DNA of 32,000 nucleotides from Wolbachia endosymbiont of Cimex lectularius (GTDB lineage Bacteria; Pseudomonadota; Alphaproteobacteria; Rickettsiales; Anaplasmataceae): NCBI RefSeq assembly GCF_000829315.1, contig NZ_AP013028.1, positions 960,001 to 992,000 of the forward strand, read 5' to 3'. Shown piece by piece: positions 1 to 10,571 of this stretch (position 1 is its first letter; each line of letters starts with the position of its first letter). The notes under the pieces were generated by a model. It saw only the letters and a program-made list of their open reading frames with translations, ran no database searches and was not told where the DNA came from. The position numbers and the translations under genes were made by a program.

Positions 1-828
1 TCCCTGGACCAAGCAGGGGTCATTACTCGTTCCGTTTTTGACTCAGCATTAATGCTGGAAACGATTTGTGGCTATGACAGCAAAGATTCAACATCGAGTA
101 AAAGGCCAGTGCCTAAATTTTCTAATTCTATAAACGGTAATGTCAAGGGTAAGCGCATTGGTATACCGAAAGAATATAGAATGGATGGAATTTCAGAAGA
201 AATCGTCCATCATTGGGAAAAAGTTTCTTCCAATTTGAAAGAAAACGGTGCTGAAGTTATTGATATTACCTTGCCACACACTAAATATGCAATACCAGTC
301 TATTATTTAATTTGTTCTGCTGAAGTTTCATCTAATCTTGCTCGTTATGATGGTGTGCGTTATGGATTCAGAGCTGATGCTGATACCCTCGAAGAAATGT
401 ATTCACTAACAAGAGCAGAAGGTTTTGGAAAAGAGGTAAAAAGAAGAATCTTAATCGGTGCTTATGCACTTTTTTCAGGTCACTACAATGAATATTACGA
501 AAAAGCACAATGTATTAGAGCATTAATCAGAAATGATTTTATAAAAGCATTTGAAAAAATAGATTACATACTCGTTCCATCTGCTCCAACAGAAGCTTTT
601 GGCTTGAATGAAAAGCCAGATCCGCTAATTATGTGTATCAATGATGTCTTCACCGTACCAGCAAGTTTAGCTGGACTACCTGCTATTTCTGTTCCTGTTG
701 GACTTTCCAATGAAGGTTTACCACTTGCTTTACAAGTAATTGGAAACTATTACGATGAAGCTGGAATATTGAATGTAGCAAATGTGATAGAGCAAAATTG
801 TGGCAGAGTGATTGAACTGCATAGCTAG
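1..828 (+). CDS. gatA: Aspartyl/glutamyl-tRNA amidotransferase subunit A, C-terminal part (5' end lies outside the window)
   Basis: The reading frame is open from base 1 (SLDQAGVITRSVFDSALMLETICGYDSKDSTS...). The amidase-signature downstream region and C-terminal 'GLPAISVPVG...GLPLALQVIG' match GatA. Confidence 0.93.
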   Translation, partial: SLDQAGVITRSVFDSALMLETICGYDSKDSTSSKRPVPKFSNSINGNVKGKRIGIPKEYRMDGISEEIVHHWEKVSSNLKENGAEVIDITLPHTKYAIPVYYLICSAEVSSNLARYDGVRYGFRADADTLEEMYSLTRAEGFGKEVKRRILIGAYALFSGHYNEYYEKAQCIRALIRNDFIKAFEKIDYILVPSAPTEAFGLNEKPDPLIMCINDVFTVPASLAGLPAISVPVGLSNEGLPLALQVIGNYYDEAGILNVANVIEQNCGRVIELHS

Positions 829-844
829 TCGTTAGTATGTCTGC

Positions 845-1774
845 TCAAAGAGGAACAAGTTTGGCAAAAAATAATGATATTATTAGTGGAACGTAAAATA
901 GTCCCACTGCAGTACTGATGAGAAGCAGCAAAGTAGCTCTATCTGGTTGATAATTTAAAATATTAGCAAGTACTACACTGGATCCAGAAACTGGAATAAT
1001 AGCTAACAACATCAGCGCTTTATATATACTCTCATCGTATATACCTGTGATATGTTTGTCTATCAGGACAATTCCCAAAACAAATAATGGCCAGAATACG
1101 TACTTTGCTGTAATAGTGGTTAAAGCGAGTTTCCAATCTATTTTAAAATTTGTAATTTGTGCAATACTCACTCCAAGTAGCACCATTCCTAATGTAATAA
1201 ATGTACTTCTAATATTCATCATAACATCTGTTAGAAAAGCAGGTATTTGTATATCGCATACACTCAAAAAGAAGCCCAGAATCATCGCATAGGACGAAGG
1301 AAGTCTGAACAACCTGAACATGCATTCTTTTGCGGTGTATATACCATTTGCAGCTATATAAAATCCTAAGCTATTTTCAAACAGTGCCATTCCTATATAA
1401 CAGACAACATATACAGACACCGAATCTTCATCAAACAAAGTCATAGCAATTGGCAAGCCAAAATAACCCATACTTGTACTGCCTGAGCTAAATGCCAATA
1501 TGTTTTTCGTGTTGTCCTTAAATAAAAAAGAAGAAAGATAATACACCGATAAGGACATAGTACTACCTATAAACCATATCAAAATCGGCAAAGAAATTAC
1601 TTTTAAATTGACCTCTGTATGAGATACTCCATACAGAATCACTATTGGATTAGCTATATAAAAGAGTATTTGAGATATAGTATTTCTATCAATCTTAAGG
1701 CATTTTCCTGCTAAATAACCAATAAGTATTGTAATATAAATAGGTAATATTTTGAGAAAAAGGGTAAAGAACAT
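845..1774 (-). CDS. AEC-family (auxin efflux carrier / malonate-transporter type) membrane permease
   Basis: 309-aa multi-TM ORF with family-like N-terminus 'ILPIYITILIGYLAGK' and 'FGSTSMGYFGLPIAMTLF'. Confidence 0.8.
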   Translation of the reverse strand: MFFTLFLKILPIYITILIGYLAGKCLKIDRNTISQILFYIANPIVILYGVSHTEVNLKVISLPILIWFIGSTMSLSVYYLSSFLFKDNTKNILAFSSGSTSMGYFGLPIAMTLFDEDSVSVYVVCYIGMALFENSLGFYIAANGIYTAKECMFRLFRLPSSYAMILGFFLSVCDIQIPAFLTDVMMNIRSTFITLGMVLLGVSIAQITNFKIDWKLALTTITAKYVFWPLFVLGIVLIDKHITGIYDESIYKALMLLAIIPVSGSSVVLANILNYQPDRATLLLLISTAVGLFYVPLIISLFFAKLVPL

Positions 1775-2133
1775 ACTGCCTAATTATAATCCTTCTTGAT
1801 ACTTCCAACTGATAAATTGACATTAGATCTTAAGACATTATAAAAGTAAATAAAATTTATTTTCCAATTTACCCAACTCATAGTTATTTAAAAAGACCCA
1901 TTTAGTGCTAAGACCTGCTTTTACAAAGCATAAGAATGATATTTTTATGATAAAATTATGTTAAGTTTTTATAAAGCTTCTTGCATATCTTTCAATAGTG
2001 GTAACTTTGCTAAAAAGCAAAGTTTAGTTTCGCTTGGCTTTATTGTATGCTTTCAGGCGATATAGAATACAAACCCCAACTACTTTCGTTGAAAAATAAG
2101 CGCCTTGTAGGCAAGCATAAACGATAAAACTAA

Positions 2134-3399
2134 TTATACTTTTCCAAAGATAAGTGATGCGTTAGTGCCACCAAAACCAAACGAATTAGAAAGCGCATAT
2201 TGGATTTTATGCTCTTGAGCTTTAAACGGTACAAAATTTAAATCACATCCTTCTGAAGGTTTGTGCAAGTTTAAAGTTGGGGGAGTAATTCCTTCATTTA
2301 ATGCAAGAATACTGAATATCGCTTCAACGCTACCTGCAGCACCAAGTAAATGTCCTATGGAAGATTTGGTTGAAGAAACTGGTATCTTATAAGCGTAGTC
2401 ACCAAATAACTGTTTTATTGCTATTACTTCGATTTTATCTCCAAGTGGCGTTGAAGTTCCATGTGCATTGATATACCCGATTTGATTTGGACCAATTTGT
2501 GCACTCTGTAAGGCAAGCTGTATTGCTTTCAACGCACCTCTTCCGCTTTCATGCGGAGCGGTAATATGATAAGCATCCCCCGTTAGTCCATACCCAGTAA
2601 GTTCTGCATATATTTTTGCTCCTCTTCTCTTTGCATGTTCATACTCTTCCAATACTAGTATACCTGCTCCTTCACCCATAACAAATCCATCGCGTTCTTT
2701 ATCCCACGGTCTTGAAGCTTCTTCAGGCTTGTCATTAAACTTAGTTGATAATGCCTTCATAGATGCAAAGCCTGCAATTCCAACCCTACAAAGAGCACTT
2801 TCTGCCCCACCTGCAATCATTACATCTGTTTCACCAAGTTTTATAGCTCTTGCTGAGTTTATGATTGCATGCGCACCTGTTGCACATGCGGTTACCGCTG
2901 AATCGTTTGGGCCTGTAAATTCGTATTTAATAGAAATATGGCCAGATATCAAATTTATCAAACTTGCAGGAACAAAAAATGGGCTGACACGCCTAGGCCC
3001 TTTTTCCTGCATAATAATTACGTTCTCCTGAATTGATGGAAGACCACCTATACCAGAGCCAACAACCACACCAACGCGTTCTCGATCGATATTTTGACTT
3101 TCTAAGATTAGTGAATCGTTCACTGCCTGAATAGCGGCTGCAATGCCGTAATGGATAAAACGATCTGTCCTTTTTAGGTCTTTTTCAGAGATATAATCTA
3201 GCGGGTTAAAACAGTGTCCAATGTTATCACCTTGTAGGGGAACTTGTCCTGCGATCTTGCAAGCAAGATCGGAAGCATCAAATCTGCTGATTTCCCTTAT
3301 ACCAGACTCACCATCTACTAACTTAAGCCAAGTGTTTTCAACATCTGCCGCCAGTGGAGTAATTGAGCCAATACCGGTCACTACTACTCTTCTGCTCAT
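2134..3399 (-). CDS. fabF: 3-oxoacyl-[ACP] synthase II
   Basis: 421 aa; RRVVVTGIGSITPLA N-terminus, active Cys context 'VTACATGAH', catalytic His motifs 'NAHGTSTPLGD' and 'STKSSIGHLLGAAG'. Confidence 0.97.
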   Translation of the reverse strand: MSRRVVVTGIGSITPLAADVENTWLKLVDGESGIREISRFDASDLACKIAGQVPLQGDNIGHCFNPLDYISEKDLKRTDRFIHYGIAAAIQAVNDSLILESQNIDRERVGVVVGSGIGGLPSIQENVIIMQEKGPRRVSPFFVPASLINLISGHISIKYEFTGPNDSAVTACATGAHAIINSARAIKLGETDVMIAGGAESALCRVGIAGFASMKALSTKFNDKPEEASRPWDKERDGFVMGEGAGILVLEEYEHAKRRGAKIYAELTGYGLTGDAYHITAPHESGRGALKAIQLALQSAQIGPNQIGYINAHGTSTPLGDKIEVIAIKQLFGDYAYKIPVSSTKSSIGHLLGAAGSVEAIFSILALNEGITPPTLNLHKPSEGCDLNFVPFKAQEHKIQYALSNSFGFGGTNASLIFGKV

Positions 3400-3405
3400 T
3401 TAATA

Positions 3406-3672
3406 CTAATTATTGTTTTTTTTATTACTGATGTACTCAGCTATCTGCTCTACAGTTTCCATTTTTTGTGCATCTTCATCAGGAATTTCTATGCCAAACT
3501 CTTCTTCTGCCGCCATGATTATCTCAACTGCATCTAAACTGTCTGCGCCATGCTCTGAAAGCTTTGAGGAGCTGCTAAACTTCTCTACATCCTTACTAAT
3601 GTGCTCTAACACAATCTTTTTTACTTTTTCTTCTATGTCTTCTCTAGTGCTTTTTGCTAGTTCGCTACTCAT
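3406..3672 (-). CDS. acpP: Acyl carrier protein
   Basis: 88 aa with phosphopantetheine site 'GADSLDAVEIIMAAEEEFGIEIPDEDA'; directly upstream of fabF. Confidence 0.96.
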   Translation of the reverse strand: MSSELAKSTREDIEEKVKKIVLEHISKDVEKFSSSSKLSEHGADSLDAVEIIMAAEEEFGIEIPDEDAQKMETVEQIAEYISNKKNNN

Positions 3673-3823
3673 TTTTTACCAAAAAATAACCTATTCTTTG
3701 ATGTTATAAAAAATTTTCATGTTTGCAATACCTTTTATGATTGATAGACTATTACAAAATTTTCTATCGCCCTAGCTGAAATATGCTTCAACATTATGTG
3801 CTGGGAAATTAACAAACTCGCAA

Positions 3824-4624
3824 ATGCTAGACGAAATAACAAAAAATTTACTTATCGCAGAAATAAACAAATTTCTGCCTGAAGATAGCCAAAGCAAGCT
3901 TATATCAGCTATGCGTTATATGCTTCTTGCCCCTGCAAAATATATACGTCCATTTTTAGTCACAGCTTCATCACGAGTATTTAATGTGAAAGCTGAGAAA
4001 GTAATACCAATTGCTGTGGCAGTTGAGTGTGTTCACACCTACTCTCTAATTCACGATGATTTGCCATGTATGGACAATAGCGATATCCGCAGAGGTCAGC
4101 TAAGTTGCCATAAAAGATTTGACGAAGCAACAGCAGTGCTTGCTGGAGATGCGCTACTTACCCTCGCTTTTGAAATACTGTCTTCGCTAAATGAGGATAG
4201 CAACAAATGCTGTGAAATTATAAAAGTACTCTCTCAAGCGATAGGAACTAGGGGAATGGTAGGAGGGCAGATTTTGGATATTGATGCAGATTCCTCTAAA
4301 ATAAAAGAAATTCATTTATTAAAAACCGCAAAACTATTTGCAGCTTCATGTGAAATAGGCGCTATAATGGGAAATGCTACAGATGAGCAACGAAGAGCGT
4401 TACATGACTATGGAATAAACCTAGGGCTTATCTTTCAAGCCAAAGATGATATTGAAGACCACAAACAAGATGAGGTAAGTAATTTAATGTCTATACTCGA
4501 TAAAAGTGAAACAAAGAACTATATAGAAAGTCTCTTTAAACAAGCTTTGGATAATTTGAGTGAACTTTCAGGCGAAACTAATTATTTATACAATTTATTG
4601 AATCGGGTAAAAAACGATGGTTAG
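3824..4624 (+). CDS. ispA: Farnesyl/geranyl diphosphate synthase-type polyprenyl synthetase
   Basis: Aspartate-rich motifs 'LIHDDLPCMDNSD' and 'FQAKDDIEDHKQD', plus 'GGQILDI'. Confidence 0.9.
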   Translation: MLDEITKNLLIAEINKFLPEDSQSKLISAMRYMLLAPAKYIRPFLVTASSRVFNVKAEKVIPIAVAVECVHTYSLIHDDLPCMDNSDIRRGQLSCHKRFDEATAVLAGDALLTLAFEILSSLNEDSNKCCEIIKVLSQAIGTRGMVGGQILDIDADSSKIKEIHLLKTAKLFAASCEIGAIMGNATDEQRRALHDYGINLGLIFQAKDDIEDHKQDEVSNLMSILDKSETKNYIESLFKQALDNLSELSGETNYLYNLLNRVKNDG

Positions 4625-5516
4625 GGAAATTATATTACAATTGCTCATTTCCATAGTAATAATTTTCACTTTAACTTCCGCTTTTGTGTTCACCATCGTT
4701 CAAATAAACAAAAGCAGGCCAGAAAAGAGAGACAAGCTTTATGAGTTAAATACTACGAATGATGGTTTGGTACAGACAATAGCATATTACCTAGTGAAGC
4801 CAATACTTGAATCAGCACTTGATCACTATATCGAAAAGCATGGGTTGAAGGAGTATTTAAAAGAAATAACACAGCAGGAGAGAGAGGAAAATTCAATAAA
4901 CTTCTATGAAATTACAGAAGGCAGTGGCAGCAGAGCTCTATGTGGTCAAGAAGTCCTGCTGCAAATGTATAAAATATCTAATAACCTAGCGGCACCACTT
5001 CCGAGTCAAGTCCCTAATGTTACCTTGAAAATAGGTCAAGATGATTGGAAAGAGGTGGGTCTAGGAATAATGGGTATGAAAGAAGGAGGAGAGCATGTAG
5101 TTACTGTAAACATTGCCAATGACAACAAAATGGACTTTAACTCTTACTACGTCAAACTAATCGAAGTAAAAGATAAATACCCCGACTCAGTAAATAATAT
5201 GATGATTTTCAATGACTTAATTAACAGGGCTGGAAAACAAGTGAGATGTGGTGACGAAGTGTCAATTAAGTACAGCGTAATGGGTCATAATGGTGAATAT
5301 ATAATCAAAGATCAAACAGCGCAATTCAAAGTTGGTGATAAAAAAGTACCGCTTGCCATAGAGCTTGGAGTGGTTGGAATGAGAGCTGGTAATAACAGAA
5401 CTATCATTTCTCCACCAGAACTTTTGAATGTTACTGATGGTATGTTAATCGGAGATATAGATTTTGACGAAGAAAATGTTTCTATAATTAATCTCAGCTT
5501 AGATGCCAAAGTTTAA
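4617..5516 (+). CDS. Membrane-anchored FKBP-type peptidyl-prolyl isomerase domain protein
   Basis: N-terminal TM helix and two FKBP-like stretches ('GSGSRALCGQEVLLQMYKI...GIMGMKEGGEHVVTVN' and 'GKQVRCGDEVSIKYSVMGHNGEYI...LGVVGMRAGNNRTIISPPE'). Confidence 0.65.
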   Translation: MVREIILQLLISIVIIFTLTSAFVFTIVQINKSRPEKRDKLYELNTTNDGLVQTIAYYLVKPILESALDHYIEKHGLKEYLKEITQQEREENSINFYEITEGSGSRALCGQEVLLQMYKISNNLAAPLPSQVPNVTLKIGQDDWKEVGLGIMGMKEGGEHVVTVNIANDNKMDFNSYYVKLIEVKDKYPDSVNNMMIFNDLINRAGKQVRCGDEVSIKYSVMGHNGEYIIKDQTAQFKVGDKKVPLAIELGVVGMRAGNNRTIISPPELLNVTDGMLIGDIDFDEENVSIINLSLDAKV

Positions 5517-5528
5517 AGGCAAGGTACT

Positions 5529-7037
5529 TTAAAATATTACTTGGTAACTGAAGAAAATGACAAAAGTACATATCGCAGTGACAACTGGTGGTAAAACCAG
5601 AAAAATAGGTGTCTTTTTAACGAAAAAGTTCTTAGAAGGCTTTGAGAAAAAAGCATTGTAAACTATTAGCAAAAAGTACATAGCATTTAGTATAGTGCTT
5701 ACTATTAACACAAGAGTAACAAATACAGAAAGTGCTACATTGCCGGAGCTAAAAACAGCCTGAAAAATGAGAAACTTACCCCAGAAGGTTGGAGCAGGTG
5801 GCACTCCGATCATAGATAACGCACCTATAGTAAATGCTGCCATAGTAATTGGCATATTTCGTCCTATGCCGTGAATTCTATCTACATATTTCTCACCTGT
5901 TTTCGTTATTATGCTGCCTGCAACAAAGAATAGAGTGATTTTTGCAAATGCATGACAAACTAACTGAAAAACTGCAACTCTTGCGCTAAGGTTGCTAAAA
6001 ATTGAAGCGAATAGTATAACATATGATAATTGGGAAACGGTAGAGTAGGCAAGCAATTTTTTCAATTCCTTCTGCTTGAGTGCAGTCAGTGAAGCAACAA
6101 TGATGGTGAATCCTGCAGCATAAGGCAGCCATCCTCCAGCAAACCAACTTTGTTGCGCAAAGCGTTGCAAATTATCGGTGCCAAAAGTGTATAATATAAC
6201 TTTTATAATGATGAAAACCCCGGATTTCACAACAGCGACAGCATGTAGCAGCGCGCTCACAGGAGTTGGTGCAACCATTGCTTTTGGTAACCAAAAGTGC
6301 ATTGGCATTAATGCAGCTTTGCCTATTCCGTAAATCAGCATAGCAAAACACACTGCAATGAAAGTGACGAGCGAAGTGTCAAATTTAAATATTCCACCAC
6401 TTACAAAGTCTAAAGTATGAAATTTACTGTATAAGAAACCGAGAACTGGAAAAAATAGTACTAAGGAAGAAAAAAACAGCACACCAAAATAATAACGCCC
6501 AGCTATCATTGATTCATTTGTTGTGTTATAGGTGACAAGAGGATAAGTACTCATAGTCAAGAGCTCATAAAAGACAAATGTAGTAAGCAAATCGCCAGAA
6601 AAAGCAATAAACATTGCACAACTGATCGATATTGAAAGAAAACACAGGAAATTTGAATAATTATTACCAGGATAGTTATTCTGCATATAACATATTGCGT
6701 ATACGCTAGTTAATATCCATAAAAATGATATTAATAAACTAAATACCACTCCAGTGGACTCTAGCTTTAAACTAATGTGCAAGTTATTGCCAAAATCCAT
6801 AAGGATAAATTGAGAATAATCACCATATGCCCAATATAAAGTGCACAGACACGCATATGTAAATAGAAGTATAGAAGAGGCAACAGTAACGCCGTTGCTT
6901 ACTCTAGGCCATTTGCCGGTAAAAAAGATAACCACTGCGCCAAGCAGCGGAATCAGCGCAGTAATTAACAAATAATTTTCAGTGATTGCAAATGGTAAGG
7001 AAAGAGGTGTTAAAACATATTCCACTAAATAATTCAT
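5529..7037 (-). CDS. Proton-conducting membrane transporter, Mrp/Mnh subunit D / NuoN-like family
   Basis: 502-aa polytopic protein with 'PLMPMHFWLPKAMVAPTPVSALLHAVAVVKSG' and 'KKLLAYSTVSQLSYV' signatures. Confidence 0.85.
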   Translation of the reverse strand: MNYLVEYVLTPLSLPFAITENYLLITALIPLLGAVVIFFTGKWPRVSNGVTVASSILLFTYACLCTLYWAYGDYSQFILMDFGNNLHISLKLESTGVVFSLLISFLWILTSVYAICYMQNNYPGNNYSNFLCFLSISISCAMFIAFSGDLLTTFVFYELLTMSTYPLVTYNTTNESMIAGRYYFGVLFFSSLVLFFPVLGFLYSKFHTLDFVSGGIFKFDTSLVTFIAVCFAMLIYGIGKAALMPMHFWLPKAMVAPTPVSALLHAVAVVKSGVFIIIKVILYTFGTDNLQRFAQQSWFAGGWLPYAAGFTIIVASLTALKQKELKKLLAYSTVSQLSYVILFASIFSNLSARVAVFQLVCHAFAKITLFFVAGSIITKTGEKYVDRIHGIGRNMPITMAAFTIGALSMIGVPPAPTFWGKFLIFQAVFSSGNVALSVFVTLVLIVSTILNAMYFLLIVYNAFFSKPSKNFFVKKTPIFLVLPPVVTAICTFVIFFSYQVIF

Positions 7038-7270
7038 TCTTTTGCTTGGGTAAAGCTAGAATTATACTCAAATCATAAGAAACTACCACTTTTTTGGTAA
7101 ACAAAAGGACATCCAAGATCTGAGATGCTATTCTAAGGCCATGTGTGGAGGCTGTTTTTTTGTTTAACATATTTAAGCTTAAAAAATAAGATTTAATAGG
7201 GCAAGTATAAAAAGTTGAATATTTCTTCAGAATTGTGTATAATTATTAATACTTTTCAAATTTTTTTCTT

Positions 7271-8179
7271 ATGGCTCTTTCAAAGTTTCTGGATCCAAAA
7301 AATGATCTAAGTTTTAAAAAAATCTTTGGCTCTGAAAAGAATAAAAATATCCTTATTCACTTCCTGAACGATATCCTAGGCTTTTCTGGTTCTGATCAAA
7401 TAAAAGAAATTGAATTTCTTAGTACTATTATGGATCCTGAAATTGCCTCTGATAAACAAAGCATTGTTGATGTTCTCTGCAAAGACTCTATTGGTAATAG
7501 ATTTATTATCGAAATGCAGCTCGCTCGTGATAAAGGCTTTGAAAAACGTGCCCAACTTTATGCCGCTAAAGCTTACTCTAGGCAATTAGATAAATCTGGT
7601 AATTACATTGATCTTCAGAAAGTTTTCTTTATTGCTATTTCCAATTGTAACTTACTGCCTCAAGAAGTTGACTATATCTCTATTCATAATATACGAGATA
7701 TAAAAACCAATGGAAATTACTTAAAAGATTTTCAGTTTGTCTTTATTGAGCTGCCTAAATTCCAAAAGAATAAAGTAGAGCAGCTAGAAAGCACAGTAGA
7801 AAGGTGGTGTTTCTTTTTCAAGTACGCAGAGGATACTACAGATGAAGACCTAAGAGATATTGCAGAAAAAGCTCCGATAATAAAGCTAGCATATGATGAG
7901 TTGGACAAGTTTCGTTGGAATGAGAAAGATCTAATAGCGTACGAAGAAAGATTAATGGACCTACGCAAAGAAGAGGCTATCCTTGCATACAGACTTGATC
8001 TTGCTGAAGAGAAAGGCATTCAAATCGGACAAGAAAGAGGCAGAGCAGAAGGCGAACAACATGCTAAAATAGCTGTGGCAAAAAACCTGCTTAAAGCTGG
8101 TGTATCTGTTGACTTGATAGCTGAATCTACTGGTCTTCCTAAAGCTGAAATTGCACAACTTCAGGAAGAAATGGCCTAA
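7271..8179 (+). CDS. Rpn family recombination-promoting nuclease / PD-(D/E)XK transposase-like protein
   Basis: 302 aa; 'LDPKNDLSFKKIFGSEKNKNILIHFLNDIL', 'IVDVLCKDSIGNRFIIEMQL...FEKRAQLYAAKAYSRQL', C-terminal 'AKNLLKAGVSVDLIAESTGLPKAEIAQLQ'. Confidence 0.85.
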   Translation: MALSKFLDPKNDLSFKKIFGSEKNKNILIHFLNDILGFSGSDQIKEIEFLSTIMDPEIASDKQSIVDVLCKDSIGNRFIIEMQLARDKGFEKRAQLYAAKAYSRQLDKSGNYIDLQKVFFIAISNCNLLPQEVDYISIHNIRDIKTNGNYLKDFQFVFIELPKFQKNKVEQLESTVERWCFFFKYAEDTTDEDLRDIAEKAPIIKLAYDELDKFRWNEKDLIAYEERLMDLRKEEAILAYRLDLAEEKGIQIGQERGRAEGEQHAKIAVAKNLLKAGVSVDLIAESTGLPKAEIAQLQEEMA

Positions 8180-9630
8180 CAACCAGGCGCCTTTGTTCTC
8201 GGGAACGTTCCCCGTAAATTAGTTTTATGCATATATGACACAAACTTGATAGAGGAACAACTGTCCCTCTATCTTTTCCATCTTCTTATATTTGACCTAA
8301 ACAAACTTTTGCACTTGCTCATATGTACATTCAACATGTTTTATAATTGAAACAATGTAAAAACATATAAGCAATTATACGAATCATCGGCTTTTTCCAG
8401 TAGCGTTATCTGCATTTCTACCTTCCATAACTCTTTCTTTATGGCTTTTAAATAGTTCTTTGCTTACAGAGTTTATATTTTCCTTTTGCCGACTAGCGTT
8501 CAATAATTTCGATATCTCTTGTTCTAGCTGGCCACCTTTATAATTGTTTCCAAGATCTTTGATCTCCTCCTTCTTTTTTATAATTTGATCTAGGGCGTCA
8601 ATAGTATAGGTTTTTATTTTTTGAGCATCTATTGCTTACTTCCTTTGATAGTAATTTCACTACTTCCTTGCTTACTACTTACATTGTAGCCCTGCTCTCC
8701 AACTTTTGTTGCCACTTCTCTTTTAAACAAATTGCAAATAGCATCTATTATTTTTTGAGCACAATCTTTAAAAAAAGCTTTAATTGCTTTAAATTCTTGC
8801 GATAAGGAGATAGTCTCAGTGTATGCTGGTTTTTTATTCTCGCCATCAATAGCCATATCACTATCTGACTCTCTTTTGTGAGGAGGCAGTGGTGATGCAC
8901 TCTGATTTATAGGCTTTGCTTGCGCTTTTAATGCATTCTGAATATCTTGAAGATTTTGGTATATACTTTTCCTCCGGCACTATTTTTGATACCTTAAATC
9001 CCTCTATTACTCGATCCGAAGCATTTTTTATTATCTCCTGAACCTTTTGAATATCTATTTGCTTACTCCCTTTGACAACAATTTCTTTTCTGTCCTTACT
9101 GCTCACACCATAGCCTTGCTCTTTAAGTGCCCTTATTGCCTCCTCTTTAAACGAGTCTTGAAAATTATGTACTTCTTTCTTCAATTTATGACCATTTTTA
9201 ATAAGAACAGACTTAATTGTTTCCATTTCTTCCTGTAAAGAAAAAGTGTTTTTATTAATTGTAGCATATAGTGATTCGTCTTTCCTTAAATTTTCACAGA
9301 TTGGTTCTTGTATCAAACTGGTATTGATAAACTTTTGTACCTTTCCTAGATAATCAGCATCTCCTACCACTTTACCATTTTTGTTTATAGGCGCCTGTAT
9401 ACCTTCAAATTTGATTTTTTTTATATCTTCAATGTTCAGCCCATTTTCTTCAAGCCATCCCTCTCTTTTGCTCATTGATTCAACAAACCCATTAATTTTT
9501 TTTATATTACCTGCACTATCATCAACCAACATAACAGTTTTTGGTAACTGACCATTGTGATTGTTCTTATAGTTCACAATTGCTCTGCAGATATGCAGAT
9601 TTTTTCCAACTTGACTTTGTTGCTCTCTAA

Positions 9631-10491
9631 GAACCTGTTTAAAATCTTCGTAACAGGAGAGAAATGAAGGAGAGGACTATCATCTGTAAGCTAGTGTTGA
9701 GCTTCCGCTCGCAATTTTTCCACAATCGCCTGCACTTTTCTAACCAGGCAAAAGAGCGTTCAACAACCCATCTTTTTGGCAATACGACGAAAGTGTGTAA
9801 CTCACTTCGCTTTATTACTTCAACAGTTGCACCAATGATAGCTTTTATTTGTGTTGCAAAATTTTCTCCTGTGTAGCCAGCATCAACCAGTATGTTTTTA
9901 ACTTCAGAGAGGTTTGCTTTAGCATTTTCGACCATTTTCACAGCACTGCTACGGTCAGTTGCTTCTGCCGTTGTTACATAAATTGCATGTGGCAAACCTT
10001 GTGTATCAACTGCAATATGGCGCTTTATCCCTGAAATCTTTTTACCTGCATCATAGCCTTTTTTTTTCAGCAGTATCTGCGTTTTTAACGCTTTGAGAAT
10101 CAATTATATAAAAGCTAGTTTTCTCTTTCCGACCATTGCTGATACGGACCTCTCCAACTAATTTTTTTTAAGACTAATTCCAACAAGTTTGGCTCTTCTC
10201 CATTCTTTTTACTCCACACTCGAAAATAGTAATATACGCTTTCCCATCTTGGAAAACCCTTTGGTAACATCCTCCACTGACAACCACTTTTTAAGACGTA
10301 CAACACCCCACAAAATACGTCATACAAATCAAGTTTTCTTGGTTTTATTTTCTGCTTGCTACTCTCCAAAATTAGCCTGATTTTTTCAAACTGCTCTTGA
10401 CTTATATTACTTGGATAACTTTTCTGCATAGACACCTCATTATTAATCTATGCTTACTTTACCTCACATTTCCAAGATTTTAAACAGGTTC
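9631..10491 (-). mobile_element. IS5-like insertion sequence, copy 1 (861 bp)
   Basis: Ends GAACCTGTTTAAAATCTT.../...AAGATTTTAAACAGGTTC. TSD TAA on both sides. Transposase ORFs 10115-10435 and 9639-10103 (minus), with 'DAGYTGENF' and 'VVERSFAWLEKCRRL'. Confidence 0.93.
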
Positions 10492-10571
10492 TAACATCTT
10501 GCCTTGGCAACTTGGTATCATAATCTGCTGGAAATCCGCCAAACACAGAAACACTGTCTGTCTGCTTCTTA

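Noticed and set aside
1047-1292. Plus-strand ORF opposite the AEC transporter
   Set aside because: Antisense to a clear multi-TM coding region; no recognisable features.
2729-3403. Plus-strand ORFs opposite fabF (2729-3031, 3221-3403) and acpP (3413-3709)
   Set aside because: Antisense shadow ORFs of strongly conserved genes; compositionally unlikely proteins with no motifs.
6979-8182. Minus-strand ORFs around and opposite the Rpn nuclease gene (6979-7170, 7376-7585, 7732-8019, 7961-8182)
   Set aside because: Mostly antisense to a well-supported intact ORF, with no independent evidence.
9664-10034. ORFs on the non-coding strand of each IS copy (9664-9876, 9849-10034 and the equivalents in copies 2 and 3)
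   Set aside because: They recur only because the IS is repeated; antisense to the DDE transposase.
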